Shown here: positions 11,400 through 25,019 of the stretch, piece by piece | How the letters are laid out: each line of letters begins with the position of its first letter | Position numbering within the stretch: the stretch's first letter is position 1 | NCBI GenBank assembly: GCA_964247055.1 | Contig: OZ176051.1 | Span: forward strand, 14,632,001 to 14,696,000 | Direction: 5' to 3' | Length of the DNA: 64,000 nt | DNA from: Paragordius varius | Taxonomy: Eukaryota; Animalia; Nematomorpha | The notes under the pieces: generated by a model | Told to the model about the DNA's origin: nothing | What the model saw: only the letters and a program-made list of their open reading frames with translations | The model's database searches: none | Position numbers and translations under genes: made by a program

Positions 11400-12960
11400 A
11401 CGCTATCAATGCACACCTCTTGCGAACAGACTCAAAACTTGTTAACGCCAAAGGCCAACATATACCGAAAATTACATCTGTTAGTTTTTCATAACTCTCT
11501 CAATCTGGAAGCATCAGCAACCACGACAACGTAATATTAACCAAAAAACGTTATATAATTAAACGTTTGGAAGATTTGGAGCTACTCTTTATTGCGATGG
11601 CCGAGCTATTTCTTCCCCCTCATATGAATGATTCAGAACTCGATCCTCCAATTTTAGCGGACGAAGTATTCACTTTGAAAGACATTCCTCTGATTCCTTA
11701 GGTGACAATGACCTCTCAATTTCGTGACTTGATTCCTATCTATTTAACAAATCTTTTCCAAAATGTGTTTAATCTCACAATTGGCCCAAGTCGGTCACAT
11801 CGTATATCCGTTCTTCAAAAATCCAATCCATATCACGATCGGTACTACCGAAAATAGCTATCAATATTAACCAAACCTCATCTCAAGATAATACACAAAA
11901 GAATTGCATAGACCCTTAATTATGATATTACTGATGCACAGGCTGGCTTTAGATCAAAGCGAAACACTACAAATATTAATACTTTCAGAGATATATCGGT
12001 AAAGTTTGCACTGCTGTTTTTTGGATTTCAATGTGTTTTACACAGTCGAAGACTGTCTCTACGTTTGATGCAATCGTTATATTCTAAGCAAACAGCTACG
12101 AACAAAACACCATACGATCTAGCTATCCTCAAAGATGTGAGACAAGGATATATCTCTACTCTACTGTTTAATTTATACAACATTAATTCACAATTATCCT
12201 AAACATATTGGAGCGCGTATTAGTGGTTTTACTGTATCCTATACGCTGAGGATACGGTTCCCTTCACGGAATCTCATTTGAACATGATTTACATCTTAAA
12301 TAGAGTTAAAATCCGAGCAAGTTTTATTGGTCTGAGGAACCGATCTAAATCTAAACTAATTATCCTTAACGCCCCCCAGATACCAATATTACTTTATCCT
12401 CCTCTATCGACTTAACCCATCATTGCAGTTATCTAATAATAATTGCATACGGGCACGTCTGCTTTAGGGCGTGTTACCATGAGCAAGCTGTTCAGAATTC
12501 GAAGCTTTGTTAATAAAAGTTTCAACCAACCATCCTAAAAGCGATGGTTTACCCCCTTTGCTATTTACGGGTCTGAGTCATGGGTTTGTAAATCCACGAA
12601 CAAAGCCTGCATCAACTCATTTTGTGGTAGTTCTGGAACATGGTCAATTTCTGAAAAGCCCATCTCCAATTCATATATTCTAAACTTTCTTAAACCTGAA
12701 TTTTTACATTATGATCTGGTGATCAACGAGCATTTAAGATATCTGGGCCACATCCTTTGATACGATTCCCTGGAAAATAACATTCTCCTTGGGTTGGTCG
12801 ATGGGATTCGCAAATAAAGGTGCCCTAAAAAGTGGTATATCGATATTATCAAATCAGTTGCTATCCTTACCATCTCTCGAATAATTCAAAAGTCACAAAA
12901 TCGTCCATAATGGAAAATTATTTTTAAGAAAGCTAAAAGTAACTACCCCACTAGGTTCTA
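11400..12960 (+). pseudogene. Heavily decayed RTE-like LINE reverse transcriptase relic
   Basis: Frameshifted motifs in RT order: DAQAGFRSKRNTT (~11933), KDVRQG...LFNLY (~12132), ILYAEDT (~12235), YGSESW (~12566), RYLGHI (~12737) and a C-terminal R..PKKWYID (~12810). Confidence 0.75.
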
Positions 12961-13115
12961 AAAACAAAAATAATCAAAGGCAAAAATGTTCAAGTGAGTA
13001 AATATCTTTTACAGAAAAATGTGTTGTACATTCAAATTTAACCATATTAGTAATATTATTTGGCATTATATTGCATGTAATTAAATGCAGTATGTTCTAA
13101 TTAATTACTCTATTA

Positions 13116-14227
13116 CACTGGACAACAAATTTTTCTGCCACTCGAGTTTTTTGCATTTTCTGATATTTAGTATCATTTTAACAGTAAATCTGAAATAAAA
13201 ATTATAACTCGATGGATGAATTTTATATAATTTGATTTTTCGATTATGCGCCTTCTTTATCAAAATTATACTAAAAAATGTTTTTCTTTGAAAATATACA
13301 AGTAATGCCCATTGTAATATATCATTCGAAAGAGTAAAAAAAACTCTATAAAATGCATACTAATATGTATTACATTGACAGTTAATATTGGACACAAAGA
13401 GCGACAAACGCGCGAAGCGAGAGCATTTTTTTAATTATTATATTTTTAAAACTAATGGATGAAAATAGCTCAAACTTTGTTTAAATGGTGATGAATGTCC
13501 AAAAAAGATAACACAAGAAAGTTTTTTTGATTAAAACATTTTTTTATTGCTTTTATGTCACTCAAAACAGCCATTTTTAAGTTTTTTGTTTTTTAAAATT
13601 ACCATCTCATCAATAAATTTATTTTCTTTACGAGGCTGATAATTTCGAAATTTTAAAGAAAACACAAAGTTAAAGGTATTTTTGATCTTTTATAGTCATT
13701 ATGTAATAAATTTACAGTTATAACTATGCATTTTAGTATCCATTAGGTAAAATATTTATGATAATAATTTTATTAAAAAAGCAAACCAAAAGCTGTTTTC
13801 AAACATTTTTTTAAATTAAATACTAATATAACCCTAATAATTATATTAAAATAATTTATATGATTTTCAAATTAGTTTGTCTGTAAAAATTCTTGACTGA
13901 TTTAAGAATTGAAAATTTCGACCATTTAAATGCAAATAACTTTTACATCCGATTGATTTAAATGACTTACTTCCATTTAAAAGATGCAGTTTTTTGCGCT
14001 CTTTCGAATGATATAAAATACATGGCTTCATATCTAAAACTTTTAATTTTCGAAATTTCGAGTTTAATGTTAAATCGGGGCCAAAAATTATCGATAAACT
14101 CTAATATAAAAAAATTCTTGAATGCTAGACCAATTTCTTTTCAGATATATTAATTATGTACTTTAATGAAATAAATTTTAAATTTACAAGAATGGCAGTT
14201 AAAAAAGTTAAAATTTGTTGTCTAGTG
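13116..14227. mobile_element. Non-autonomous Tc1/mariner-type element (MITE-like)
   Basis: Terminal inverted repeats cactggacaacaaatttt / aaaatttgttgtctagtg, with TA on the left flank; non-coding interior. Confidence 0.65.
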
Positions 14228-14471
14228 TTATCATACCTTTTATAGATTGGCACAGAATAATTATAATCATTGATTTGGATAATACCATAACTACAATAAT
14301 TTATGTTTTTGATAAAATAAAAAAATAATAATAAATTTTTTTATAATATGATTAGTACAAAGTTCATAATAAATTGTTTTGCTAATGCGAGCACACACAC
14401 TTTTTACTATTAATAGCCAATAAATTAGAAAATTCGAATATTTGATAAATATTATTGTTTAATTTGATACG

Positions 14472-14719
14472 CAGGGGTGTAATTAATGGGGGATAAGGAG
14501 ATTGATGGACCTGGCGCCATAGTAAAAGGGACGCCGGATTTTTTCAATTTTATTTTAAGAAAATAGTTAATTAAAAGTATTTTTTTAAATAATATATAAA
14601 AAATCACCCATTTATGAGTACGGTTTAAATTTGATTTCAGCAAAATGCAGGCGTTGCATGGAAGGGGGCGGCATCACGAATTTATGCACCGAGGGCCAGA
14701 AATGCAAGCCACGCCTCTA
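14472..14719. mobile_element. hAT-type MITE
   Basis: Termini caggggtgt / acgcctcta; imperfect 8-bp TSD ttgatacg / tttatacg. Confidence 0.55.
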
Positions 14720-17700
14720 TTTATACGTAATGCTACATAAATTTAATAAATACCAGTCTGGGTTTATAAATGAAAGTTTTAGGTTTAATATCATGAGATT
14801 AAATAAAAAAATCTTGGGATGTGATTATAAGTTAATTAACAGCTAGCAAACTTGACTAGTAGCTTGCGGGCTAAATTGTGTAAGTCTGTTTTGTTATCGT
14901 GAATACATTTACGATCAAGATAGTTAATAGCTCTCTCATATATATTTTAAAGTACTCTATAAAAACTATTTAACATTTTTAAGATTGTAAAAAAATGGAG
15001 AATAGTAAACGTAAATAATTAGGGATATTGTTATTTTTGTTTTGGTACAAATCTCTTCAAACCCCTTAAAATAAAATTATTATTTTTAATAAAGATCTAT
15101 AGTGTTTTGGTCGATAGCAAGTGAAAAAGACGGTTTTAACTAAAGATTTTTAAAAAATTAAACTATAACAAATCGTTTTATATAAATATTTATATATTTT
15201 AGGTCGATGTTATATTATTAGTGTTGATTTTCGAAATGATTTAAATTCCATTTTATATATGTTATTTGATTTGTAACAGCGCTGGCTCGAAAACAAGCTA
15301 ATTTGAATTAGAATATTTAGGCGTTAATTGCGTTTCTGAGGGAGTTTGTTATATAAAAGCTGTTTAATGCTATGAAAAAAGTAAAAAATTATTAATAACT
15401 TTTTTCGGCGAATTCATATTGTTTTTAACTATATATGCTTAGATATAATGAATATCTAACATTAAAAATAGATATTATTTTATTTTATAATAACAAATTT
15501 TGTGTCATTGGCGATGAGAGAGATTGATTAAGATATTTTTACAAATTAGCATATTAACCTGATATCTTGATAAAACAAAGTAAGTCAATTGCTCCAATTT
15601 AAAAGTGATGAATACATTTATTAATCTACATTTACCTAAAATTGAGTCAATAAAAAACTTGTATTTGAAATTGAAGTAGATATGGTTAAGTTAGCTATAA
15701 GTTTCTTATAAGTCATTTATTAAAAAAATTGGCTATCGTATGATTCAATTATACATAGTAACGAACGCAACTATAGGCCATATTTGTGTTGCCATTATTT
15801 TATTACTGACATATTAAATAAAACTGTCGAGACGAAATACAAGAGCGCCAGAAGATATACCGCTTTGCTAATTATAGTTCCGAAATGGTTGATAATAACT
15901 CTTGTTATTGTAGTTAATATAAATTTATTGGAGTTTTAATTTGTTAGAATATTGAAAATTAACTTAATCACAATATCATATTTCAAAAAACTTGTATTGC
16001 AATTTTATTCTTACGTTTGCTGGCCAAGATTACTTGTAGAAATCCAAAATTGTTTCAATTTGGCATATTGATAAACTTTAATTTATTTGTAGATTTAAAA
16101 CGCTAGACAAATTCAAGTTAATAAATGCCTCTTTATAATAATGTTGTTTAGTAAAATAAGGTAAATGTTTTCTATTTTTAAATTTTTTAGTTAATAGGTT
16201 TTGTATTTCATATGTTATTGTAACTCTCCTGATTTGGTAAATTTATTTTATTTAATTCGAGCAAGATATATAACTAATAGTCTATAAAATATATGAAGGT
16301 TATTGTTTAATATAAATCAGACTTTTAAAAACGTGTTAAATATTTTGAAATGTTTTTCCTTCAGACAACATGTGGGGTTTTTACCTTTTATTTTTCATAT
16401 ATAATTATACCCCTGATTATATTTAACTCAACAATACTGAAACAATTATAAGATTTATACACATATATAAATGTGATATTATACGCTATATATTTTTTAA
16501 AAAATCACCCATGATTTTTATTATATAACCTAAAGGTCCCAAAAAATCTAAATTTCTAATTTATAAAATTTATAATTTTATTTTATGATTAATAAAAAAT
16601 ATTTGTATATAACTAATTACATTTTCTCAGTATAATTTTAATTTTATTGTAATTTAACACAATAAATCATATAAATATAATAGTTTTGAGACGGATAACT
16701 TTATACGCTTAATTAGGATAATATCAATTTCTAATTGTATCTTTACAATTAACTAGGTACGTGAAATCTAAAAAAATAAGAAGTATAACAAAAAAAGTTT
16801 ATTCTATAAAGGTAACATGCATAATAAACGATTGAGTAAACTTAATAAGTTGTTTACTTATATTTCTAAATACAGAAATCCAAAAAATTAATCATTTATT
16901 TTCGTTGTTATTTCTTACATTTACGAAATTTTGTTATTGTATTTAACCTGGGCATTTTAAAATATATAATTAAAAGAATTGGCCGTATGATTAACGTAGT
17001 AACGAACGCAACTATAGGCCATATTTGTCTTGCCATTATTTTATTAGTGATATATTAAATACAACTGTCGAGACGAAATTCATGAGCGCCTGAAGAAATA
17101 AATTCTATTTCAATGAAAAAACCGCTTTAGCTAATTATAATCCCGATATGGTTAATAATAACTCTTGTAACTGTATTTTAAATCGCAGAGCATTACAAAA
17201 ATATTATTCAATATTAATTTATTGGAGTTTAAATTTGTTAAAATATTCAGGAAAAATTAACTTACTCCCTATATCATAACACTTGTATTCCAATTTTATT
17301 GTTACGTTTGTTGGCAAAGTTTTTTGTACAAAATTCATTTAATTTAGCTTATTGATAAACTTTAATTTACTTGTAGATTTAAAACGCTAGACAAATTCAA
17401 GTTAATAAATGCCTCTTTATTATAATGTTGTTTAGTAAAATAAGGTAAATGTTTTCTATTTTTAAATTTTTAGTTAATAAAGTTTTGTATTTCATTTGTT
17501 AATGTTTTTTCCTGATTTGGTAAATTTGTACTTAATTTGAGCAAGATAACTAATAGTCTATAAAATATATGAAGGTTATTGTTTTATATAAATCAGACTT
17601 TAAAAACGTGTTAAATATTTTGAAATGTTTTTCCTTCAGACAACATGTGGGGTTTTTACCTTTTATTTTTCATATATAATTATACCCCTGATTATATTTA

Positions 17701-17761
17701 ACTCAACAATATTGAAACAATTATAAGATTTATACACATATATAAATGTGATATTATACGC

Positions 17762-20483
17762 CAGGGGTGGCCACACTTTTTTTGTCGCGAGCTTTTTTTT
17801 TGGCTTTTTTGTTAAAAAAAGAGTTCGCGGTCACCCAGAAATATTTATCAAAAAAACTCAATCAACACTTTAAATGATGTATATACCTGCTTTACAGATT
17901 AGAGTGACTTGTTTAAACCATTTTAAAATTGTAATTTTTTTATCTATCAACCAAATACAAAAATAATTTTAATTAAAAGACAACGGGTTATTAACTACCT
18001 TAATTTTTTAACCAACATAAAACACTTCAAAATATTTATTTATTAAATTTCTATTATATGAAATTTTACAATATAAAAATTTAAACAATGCATTTGAAAT
18101 TACAGGGGAGAATACATTTATGATACAAAAAATAAAAGAAATAAAAAATAGCATTCCAATTTAGAACCATAATTTGAACATAAATAAGAGTACATTAAAA
18201 TTGTATCAGTTTTAATTCTATCCACATATTTTTTAGTAAATCGGCTTTTTCCTAAGCGAAAATACAACTCGATAAACATCCATATTTAATAAAGAAAAAA
18301 ATATTTATAACGCCCGACTGCGAAAAAATTCAGAAAGTTTATCTAAATTAGGTTCAAATGAAGTCAAAGCAATTCTCAAACATGATTCTAAATGTTTATT
18401 AGTTAATTGTGATTTCTGTTTAGTTTTGATAGCATTCATAATTGAAAAAGCCGATTCACATAAATATGTGGATCCAAAAAAAGAAGTGAATAATGCAGCG
18501 GTTTTCCAAATATGGGGGTATTTATCTGTATTTATAAATTTATATATATCTGATCCTAATGATTTTAGATGGATATCGCATTTAACATTATTAATTCCTC
18601 TTCCAACTGTGCTAAATTTGGTACACTAAGAAAGTGGCTGAGTTTTTGAGCAATATATTCAACATTATTATTATTATTAAATGGGCATGATAAAAAAATA
18701 GCGATGTCTTTAAGTTTATTTATAGATGAAAATCGTTTTTCAAAATCATTAATAAGCAGACCAATATCATCTGCATATAGATTCTCTATTTTTTCAGACA
18801 CTGCTGCTTGATTAAAAAAATGTTTTAAATCTCGGTTTTTTAATTGTGTTTCTACTACTGTTAGTGTTTCCTTAAAAGATTTTAAAGCACCCATCATATC
18901 CATTATTGTTTTATCTTTTCCTTGTAATTGGATGTTTTAATTTATGCAATTTTTCCGTGATATCGCATAAAAATGCAAGATCAAGCAGCCAATCTTGATC
19001 TTTCAATTCAGGGTATGAAAATTTAGAATTCTCTAAAAAAATTTCTATTTGTGGTAAAATTGCCTAAATCTAATTAAAAATGCGGCACGACTCAACCACC
19101 TTACATCAGTATGTAATAAAAGTTCTCCATATTCCACGCCGCACTCATTTAACAAAATTCGAAATTGGCGGCGGGACAAGCTTTTTGTTCGAATGGCGTT
19201 AACAATTTTAAAACAGGGGTTCATTACATGATGGTATTTTAAAACTTTTGAACATAAAACTTGATTATGGATTATACAATGGTAATCAATGAACTTGGGA
19301 AATGCACTGTGATTTTTACATAAAGCGATAAAGCCGTTGTTAACGCCAATCATAGCTGGAGCTCCATCAGTAGATATAGATGCGAGTTTTACGATGGGAA
19401 GTTTCGTATCTGTGATAAATTTATAAAAAGAATCAAAAATATCCTGCCCTCTGGTTCGTTCGTGGAGAGGTATTATAGTTAATAATTCCTCCTTTGCAGA
19501 TAAATCACTAAATATCATACGAATAAAAATGCATAATTGGGCGATAACATAATCGGTGGACTCATCGAGTTGCAAGGAAAAAAATACAGTTATTAATATT
19601 TTCATGTAAAATTTCATCAAGATTATACTAATATCTTCAGCCCTGCGCATAACGGTATTTCTCGATAAGCTTATACTTTTAATAGCTGTCATAATATTAT
19701 TTTTGTTATCAAAATTTTCAAATAAAATATCACAAGCGCTAATAAAGGCTTCTTTAAATATTTCACCATCTTGGAATGGCTTATTGTTCCGAATGAGTAT
19801 TTCCGCTACCTTGAATGAAGCAATCGTAGCATTTTTATAGTCTTTGTTGTATTTAAGTATGCTATTTTGTGAGGCGGATAATTGTTCTTTTAATTCCTTT
19901 ACTTTAATGTTGCGTTCTTGAGTTTGTAAGGGGTAGTTTTTGGAGTAATGTGGATGCAGAGATCTATAATGTCTTTCAATATTTGACTTTTTGGGCAAAG
20001 CAACAGTACTATTGCATATTAGACAGGTGCATGTTTCATTTATCATAATAAAAAAGTATTCATGCTCCCAATCTTTCTTGTATCTGTACAACTTTTTTTG
20101 GCTCATTCTAAAATATAAGTTTTAAAAACCTACTTTTGGTGTATCAAATCAAATCTAACTTCACGATTATGCTTCTGATTTATGAATAAGCTTTGCTCAA
20201 AGTTTTAATATATTCAAGGGAAATGACTGATTTTAAGTTTTAATGCAAATGCTCCAAAACATATGAATTATAATTAATAAAATATTTTTTTACACCCTTT
20301 TCTTAGACGTTTTTTTTTAATTTAAACCGTATTTTTTTGTATTTTAAATTTAAATTCGCTCAGAAGTAGCCAACTATCCGAAAAAAATCAATTAAATTTT
20401 TTAAAAAAAATATTTTCAGGCGGTCACTTTTTGAGTTGTCGCGGTCACGAAAGTGACCGCGGTCACCTCGTTGGCCACCCCTG
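17762..20483 (-). mobile_element. hAT transposon (Buster/Charlie/SPIN, GTF2IRD2-like)
   Basis: Perfect 12-bp TIR CAGGGGTGGCCA / TGGCCACCCCTG and 8-bp TSD TTATACGC (17754-17761, 20484-20491) with a central TA. The neighbouring repeat units show the empty site. Confidence 0.96.
18305..20106 (-). pseudogene. Frameshifted hAT transposase
   Basis: ORFs 20106-19045 and 18903-18565 plus a C-terminal dimerisation piece: CLIC..NIERHY (BED-like), FSLQLDESTD, ISTDGAPAMIG, HCIIH, VRWLSR, FGSTYICESAFSIMN. Confidence 0.92.
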
Positions 20484-22220
20484 TTATACGCTATATATTT
20501 TTTAAAAAATCACCCATGATTTTTATTATATAACCTAAAGGTCCCAAAAAATCTAAATTTCTAATTTATAAAATTTATAATTTTATTTTATGATTAATAA
20601 AAAATATTTGTATTTAACTAATTACATTTTCTCAGTATAATTTTAATTTTATTGTAATTTAACACAATAAATCATATAATAGTTTTGAGAGGATAACTTT
20701 ATACGATTAATTAGGATAATATCAATTTCTAATTGTATCTTTACAATTAACTGGGTGCGTCTAAAAAATAAAAATATAACGAAAAAAGTTTATTTTATAA
20801 AGGAAACATGCATAATAAACGATTGAGTAAACTTAATAAGTTGTTTACTTATATTTCTAAATACAGAAATCCGAAAAATTAATCATTTATTTTCGTTGTT
20901 ATTTCTAACATTTACGAAATTTTGTTATTGTATTTAACCTGCGTATAAGGTTACTTAATAACAATTCGCTGAATTACAAAATCTTCATTTTCAATTAATA
21001 AAGTACAAAATTTTTAGAGACTTTTTGCGTCTAACAATAATTTTATATTAAATCAAAACACTAACCTTATATCTAAAATAGCTAATGGTTGATTTATATT
21101 ATCCTTTCTTAAATGGTTTTGGATATTTTCAATATCTATATGTTTGGCATTTATATTATCCTATTAATTTTACTAAGGTTAATCCAAAGACTTTGACAAA
21201 AAGTGATGAATACATTTATTACTTTACATTTACCTAAAATTGAGTTAATAAAAAACTTGTATTTGAAAATGAAGTAGATATGGTTAAGTTAGCTATTTCT
21301 TATAGGGCATTTTAAAATATATAATTAAAAGAATTGGCCGTATGATTAACATAGTAACGAACGCAACTATAGGCCATATTTGTGTTGCCATTATTATATT
21401 AGTGACATATTAAATAAAACTGTCGAGACGAAATTCATGAGCGCCTGAAGAAATAAATTCTATTTCAATGAAAAAACCGCTTTAGCTAATTATAATCCCG
21501 ATATGGTTAATAATAACTCTTGTAACTGTATTTTAAATCGCAGAGCATTACAAAAATATTATTCAATATTAATTTATTGGAGTTTAAATTTGTTAGAATA
21601 ATCAGGAAAAATTAACTTACTCCCTACATATTTCAACGTTATATTCCAATTTTATTGTTACGTTTGTTGGCAAAGATTACTTGTAGTAATCCAAAATTCA
21701 TTTAAATTTAGCATAGTGATAAACTTTAATTAACTTGTAGATTTAAAACGCTAGACAAATTCAAGTTAATAAATGCCTCTTTATAATAATGTTGTTTAGT
21801 AAAATAAGGTAAATGTTTTCTATTTTCAAATTTTTAGTTAATAAAGTTTTGTATTTCATTTGTTATTGTTTTTTCCTGATTTGGTAAATTTGTACTTAAT
21901 TTGAGCAAGATAACTAATAGTCTATAAAATATATGAAGGTTATTGTTTTATATAAATCAGACTGTTAAAAACGTGTTAAATATTTTGAAATGTTTTTCCT
22001 TCAGACAACATGTGGGGTTTTTACCTTTTATTTTTCATATATAATTATACCCCTAATTTTGTTTAACTTCAACAATACTGAAACAATTATATGATTTATA
22101 CACATATGTAATATTATACGCTATATATTTTTTAAAAAATCACCCATGTTTTTTATTATATAACCTAAAGGTCCCAAAAAATCTAAATTTATAAAATTTA
22201 TAATTTTATTATATGATTAA

Positions 22221-22803
22221 CACTTGGATGCAACACACTCATTTTAGTCCTTCGATTCAAATTGGGGCAGTTGGATACCCCAGGCCTGTTTAAAATCAAA
22301 TACTTTAAAAAGTATGGAAGAAATCAAAACCATGGCAAAATTTTACACTTATATAACATTAATAAACCGAAAAATATAAAAAAATTTATTCAAAAATACT
22401 GAATATTACTTATTGTAAGCTAAAACCGAAAGGTAAAAATTTCGTCAACGTGGCATGTGTCAAATTGTAAAATTGAAAAATAATACAAAATAAATCGCTT
22501 TTTCCATTTCTATCAATGTTAGATGTGATTTAAATAAAAAATTAGCTTTAATTATACCCTTAACACTTAATGAAGACGATATTTTGCAAAAATTTTGCAA
22601 ATTAAAAATGGCGTCGAAGTAGTTTGACATGAAACTTTTTTTTTCAAAACAAAATTTTATTTAAATATTTTGGCATATTTATATAATTTATATTAGGATA
22701 GAAGCATAAATTTAAATTGGGACCGTTTCCTTCAGTAGTTTTTCAAAAATCTTAACTTTAATTTTGTCTGGGGTATTTAGATACCCCAATTTGAATCGAA
22801 GTG
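22221..22803. mobile_element. TTAA-specific (piggyBac-type) MITE
   Basis: TTAA duplicated at both ends (22217-22220, 22804-22807); termini cactt/aagtg; subterminal IR ttcgattcaaattgggg / ccccaatttgaatcgaa; absent from sister repeat units. Confidence 0.85.
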
Positions 22804-24309
22804 TTAATAAAAAATATTTGTATTTGTAATTAGATTTTCTTAGTATAATTTTAATTTTATTGTAATTTAACACAATAAATAATATAAATATAATAGTTTT
22901 GGGTCGGATAACTTTATACGCTTAATTAGGATAATATCAATTTCTAATTGTATCTTTACAATTAACTAGGTGCGTCTAAAAAAATAAAAGTATAACGAAA
23001 AAAGTTTATTTTATAAAGAGGTAGCATGCATTAGAAACGATTGAGTAAACTCAATAGGTTGTTATTTCTAATTATAAAACTTCCAAGAAATCAATCATTT
23101 ATTTTTGTTGTAATATCTTAATTTAATGTTATATCTAACCTGCGCATAAGGTTAGTTAATAATAATTCGCTGAATTACAAAATCTACATTTCAATTAAAG
23201 TACAAAATTTTTAATTTGCGTCTAACAATAAATATATATTATAATCAAAATATTATATCTAAAATAGCTAATGGTTGATTTATATTGTCCTTTCTTAAAT
23301 GGTTTTGGATATTTTCAATATCTATATGTTTGGCATTTATATTATCCTATTAATTTTACTAAGGTTAATCCAAAGACTTTGACAAAAAGTGATGAATACA
23401 TTTTTTAATTTACATTTACCTAAAATTGAGTTAATAAAAAACTAGTATTTGAAAATGAAGTAGATATGGTTAAGTTAGCTATTTCTTATAGGGCATTTTA
23501 AAATATATAATTAAAAGAATTGGCCGTATGATTAACATAGTAACGAACGCAACTATAGGCCATATTTGTGTTGCCATTATTATATTAGTGACATATTAAA
23601 TAAAACTGTCGAGACGAAATTCATGAGCGCCTGAAGAAATAAATTCTATTTCAATGAAAAAACCGCTTTAGCTAATTATAATCCCGATATGGTTAATAAT
23701 AACTCTTGTAACTGTATTTTAAATCGCAGAGCATTACAAAAATATTATTCAATATTAATTTATTGGAGTTTAAATTTGTTAGAATAATCAGGAAAAATTA
23801 ACTTACTCCCTACATATTTCAACGTTATATTCCAATTTTATTGTTACGTTTGTTGGCAAAGATTACTTGTAGTAATCCAAAATTCATTTAAATTTAGCAT
23901 AGTGATAAACTTTAATTTACTTGTAGATTTAAAACGCTAGACAAATTCAAGTTAATAAATGCCTCTTTATAATAATGTTGTTTAGTAAAATAAGGTAAAT
24001 GTTTTCTATTTTTAAATTTTTAGTTAATAAAGTTTTGTATTTCACATGTTATTGTTTTTTCCTGATTTGGTAAATTTGTACTTAATTTGAGCAAGGTAAC
24101 TAATAGTCTATAAAATATATGAAGGTTATTGTTTTATGTAAATCACACTGTTAAAAACGTGTTAAATATTTGAAAATGTTTTTCCTTCAGACAACATGTG
24201 GGGTTTTTACCTTTTATTTTTCATATATAATTATACCCCTGATTATATTAAACTCAACAATACTGAAACAATTATAAGATTTATACACATATATAAATGT
24301 GATATTATC

Positions 24310-25019
24310 GAACGCCTTTTTTTATTGGCCTCTGGGTAGAGGGCTACCCGCTTACAACTGCGCCACCATATCGATACAGCGTGACTTTGGAGGCAAATTT
24401 TAGATAACTTATCAGGCCATATGAGTTCAATAAGGGCTTGAATACCCGTAAAAAGGCAAATAAGTAAGCGGTTTTATTTTAGCGCTTAATTAGGCTCTTG
24501 CCCTGACAAATACGCCACCATATAATGACCTTTTGGTTTTAAGGCAATTTTTCGAAAATCCCACGAGAGCATATGGAATCAATCATGATTCCAGGTATTC
24601 AAATTAAGGCAAAAATCTTAATCGAGCGTTTTTTGTTTCGCCCCTGGTTAGGGGGCTACCCGCGTAGAGCTGCATCACCATATCGATACAGCATGCTTTT
24701 CAACCAAATTCCAGAAAACCTATGAAAATATGTGTGTTAAATAAGGGCCGAAAATATTTATTACCCCTTAAAAAACAAATATTTTAGTATAGGGGGTTAT
24801 TTTAATGAGTCGCAAAGTAAGGCTTTAAAGTCTTGCAAAATGCGCCGCCATAGAACAATTCTTTATTTCTAAAGCAATATTTCCAATAGGAATTTATGGA
24901 ATCCATGATAATTCCAGATATTCCCCATATAAGGGCAAATTTTCCTAACGCTTTTTTATACCTGCCCCTGGGTAACACGCTACCAGCCAAAGACTGCGCC
25001 ATTATGTAGAAATTGCGTT
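24310..25019 (-). repeat. Internal satellite segment of family A, reverse orientation
   Basis: Reverse complement of the 6640-8096 monomers (ctctgggtagagggctacccgc, atattccccatataagggcaaatttt). Confidence 0.75.

Larger units (their letters stand above)
15600..24308. repeat. Tandem array of a ~1.6-kb unit (about 3.6 copies), with later TE insertions
   Basis: Marker gtaacgaacgcaactataggcc at 15758, 16999, 21354 and ~23541; marker ccttcagacaacatgtgggg at ~16358, ~17633, ~21998 and ~24185. The unit is about 1600-1625 bp after removing the hAT and TTAA-MITE insertions; the first unit has a deletion of about 370 bp. Confidence 0.92.
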
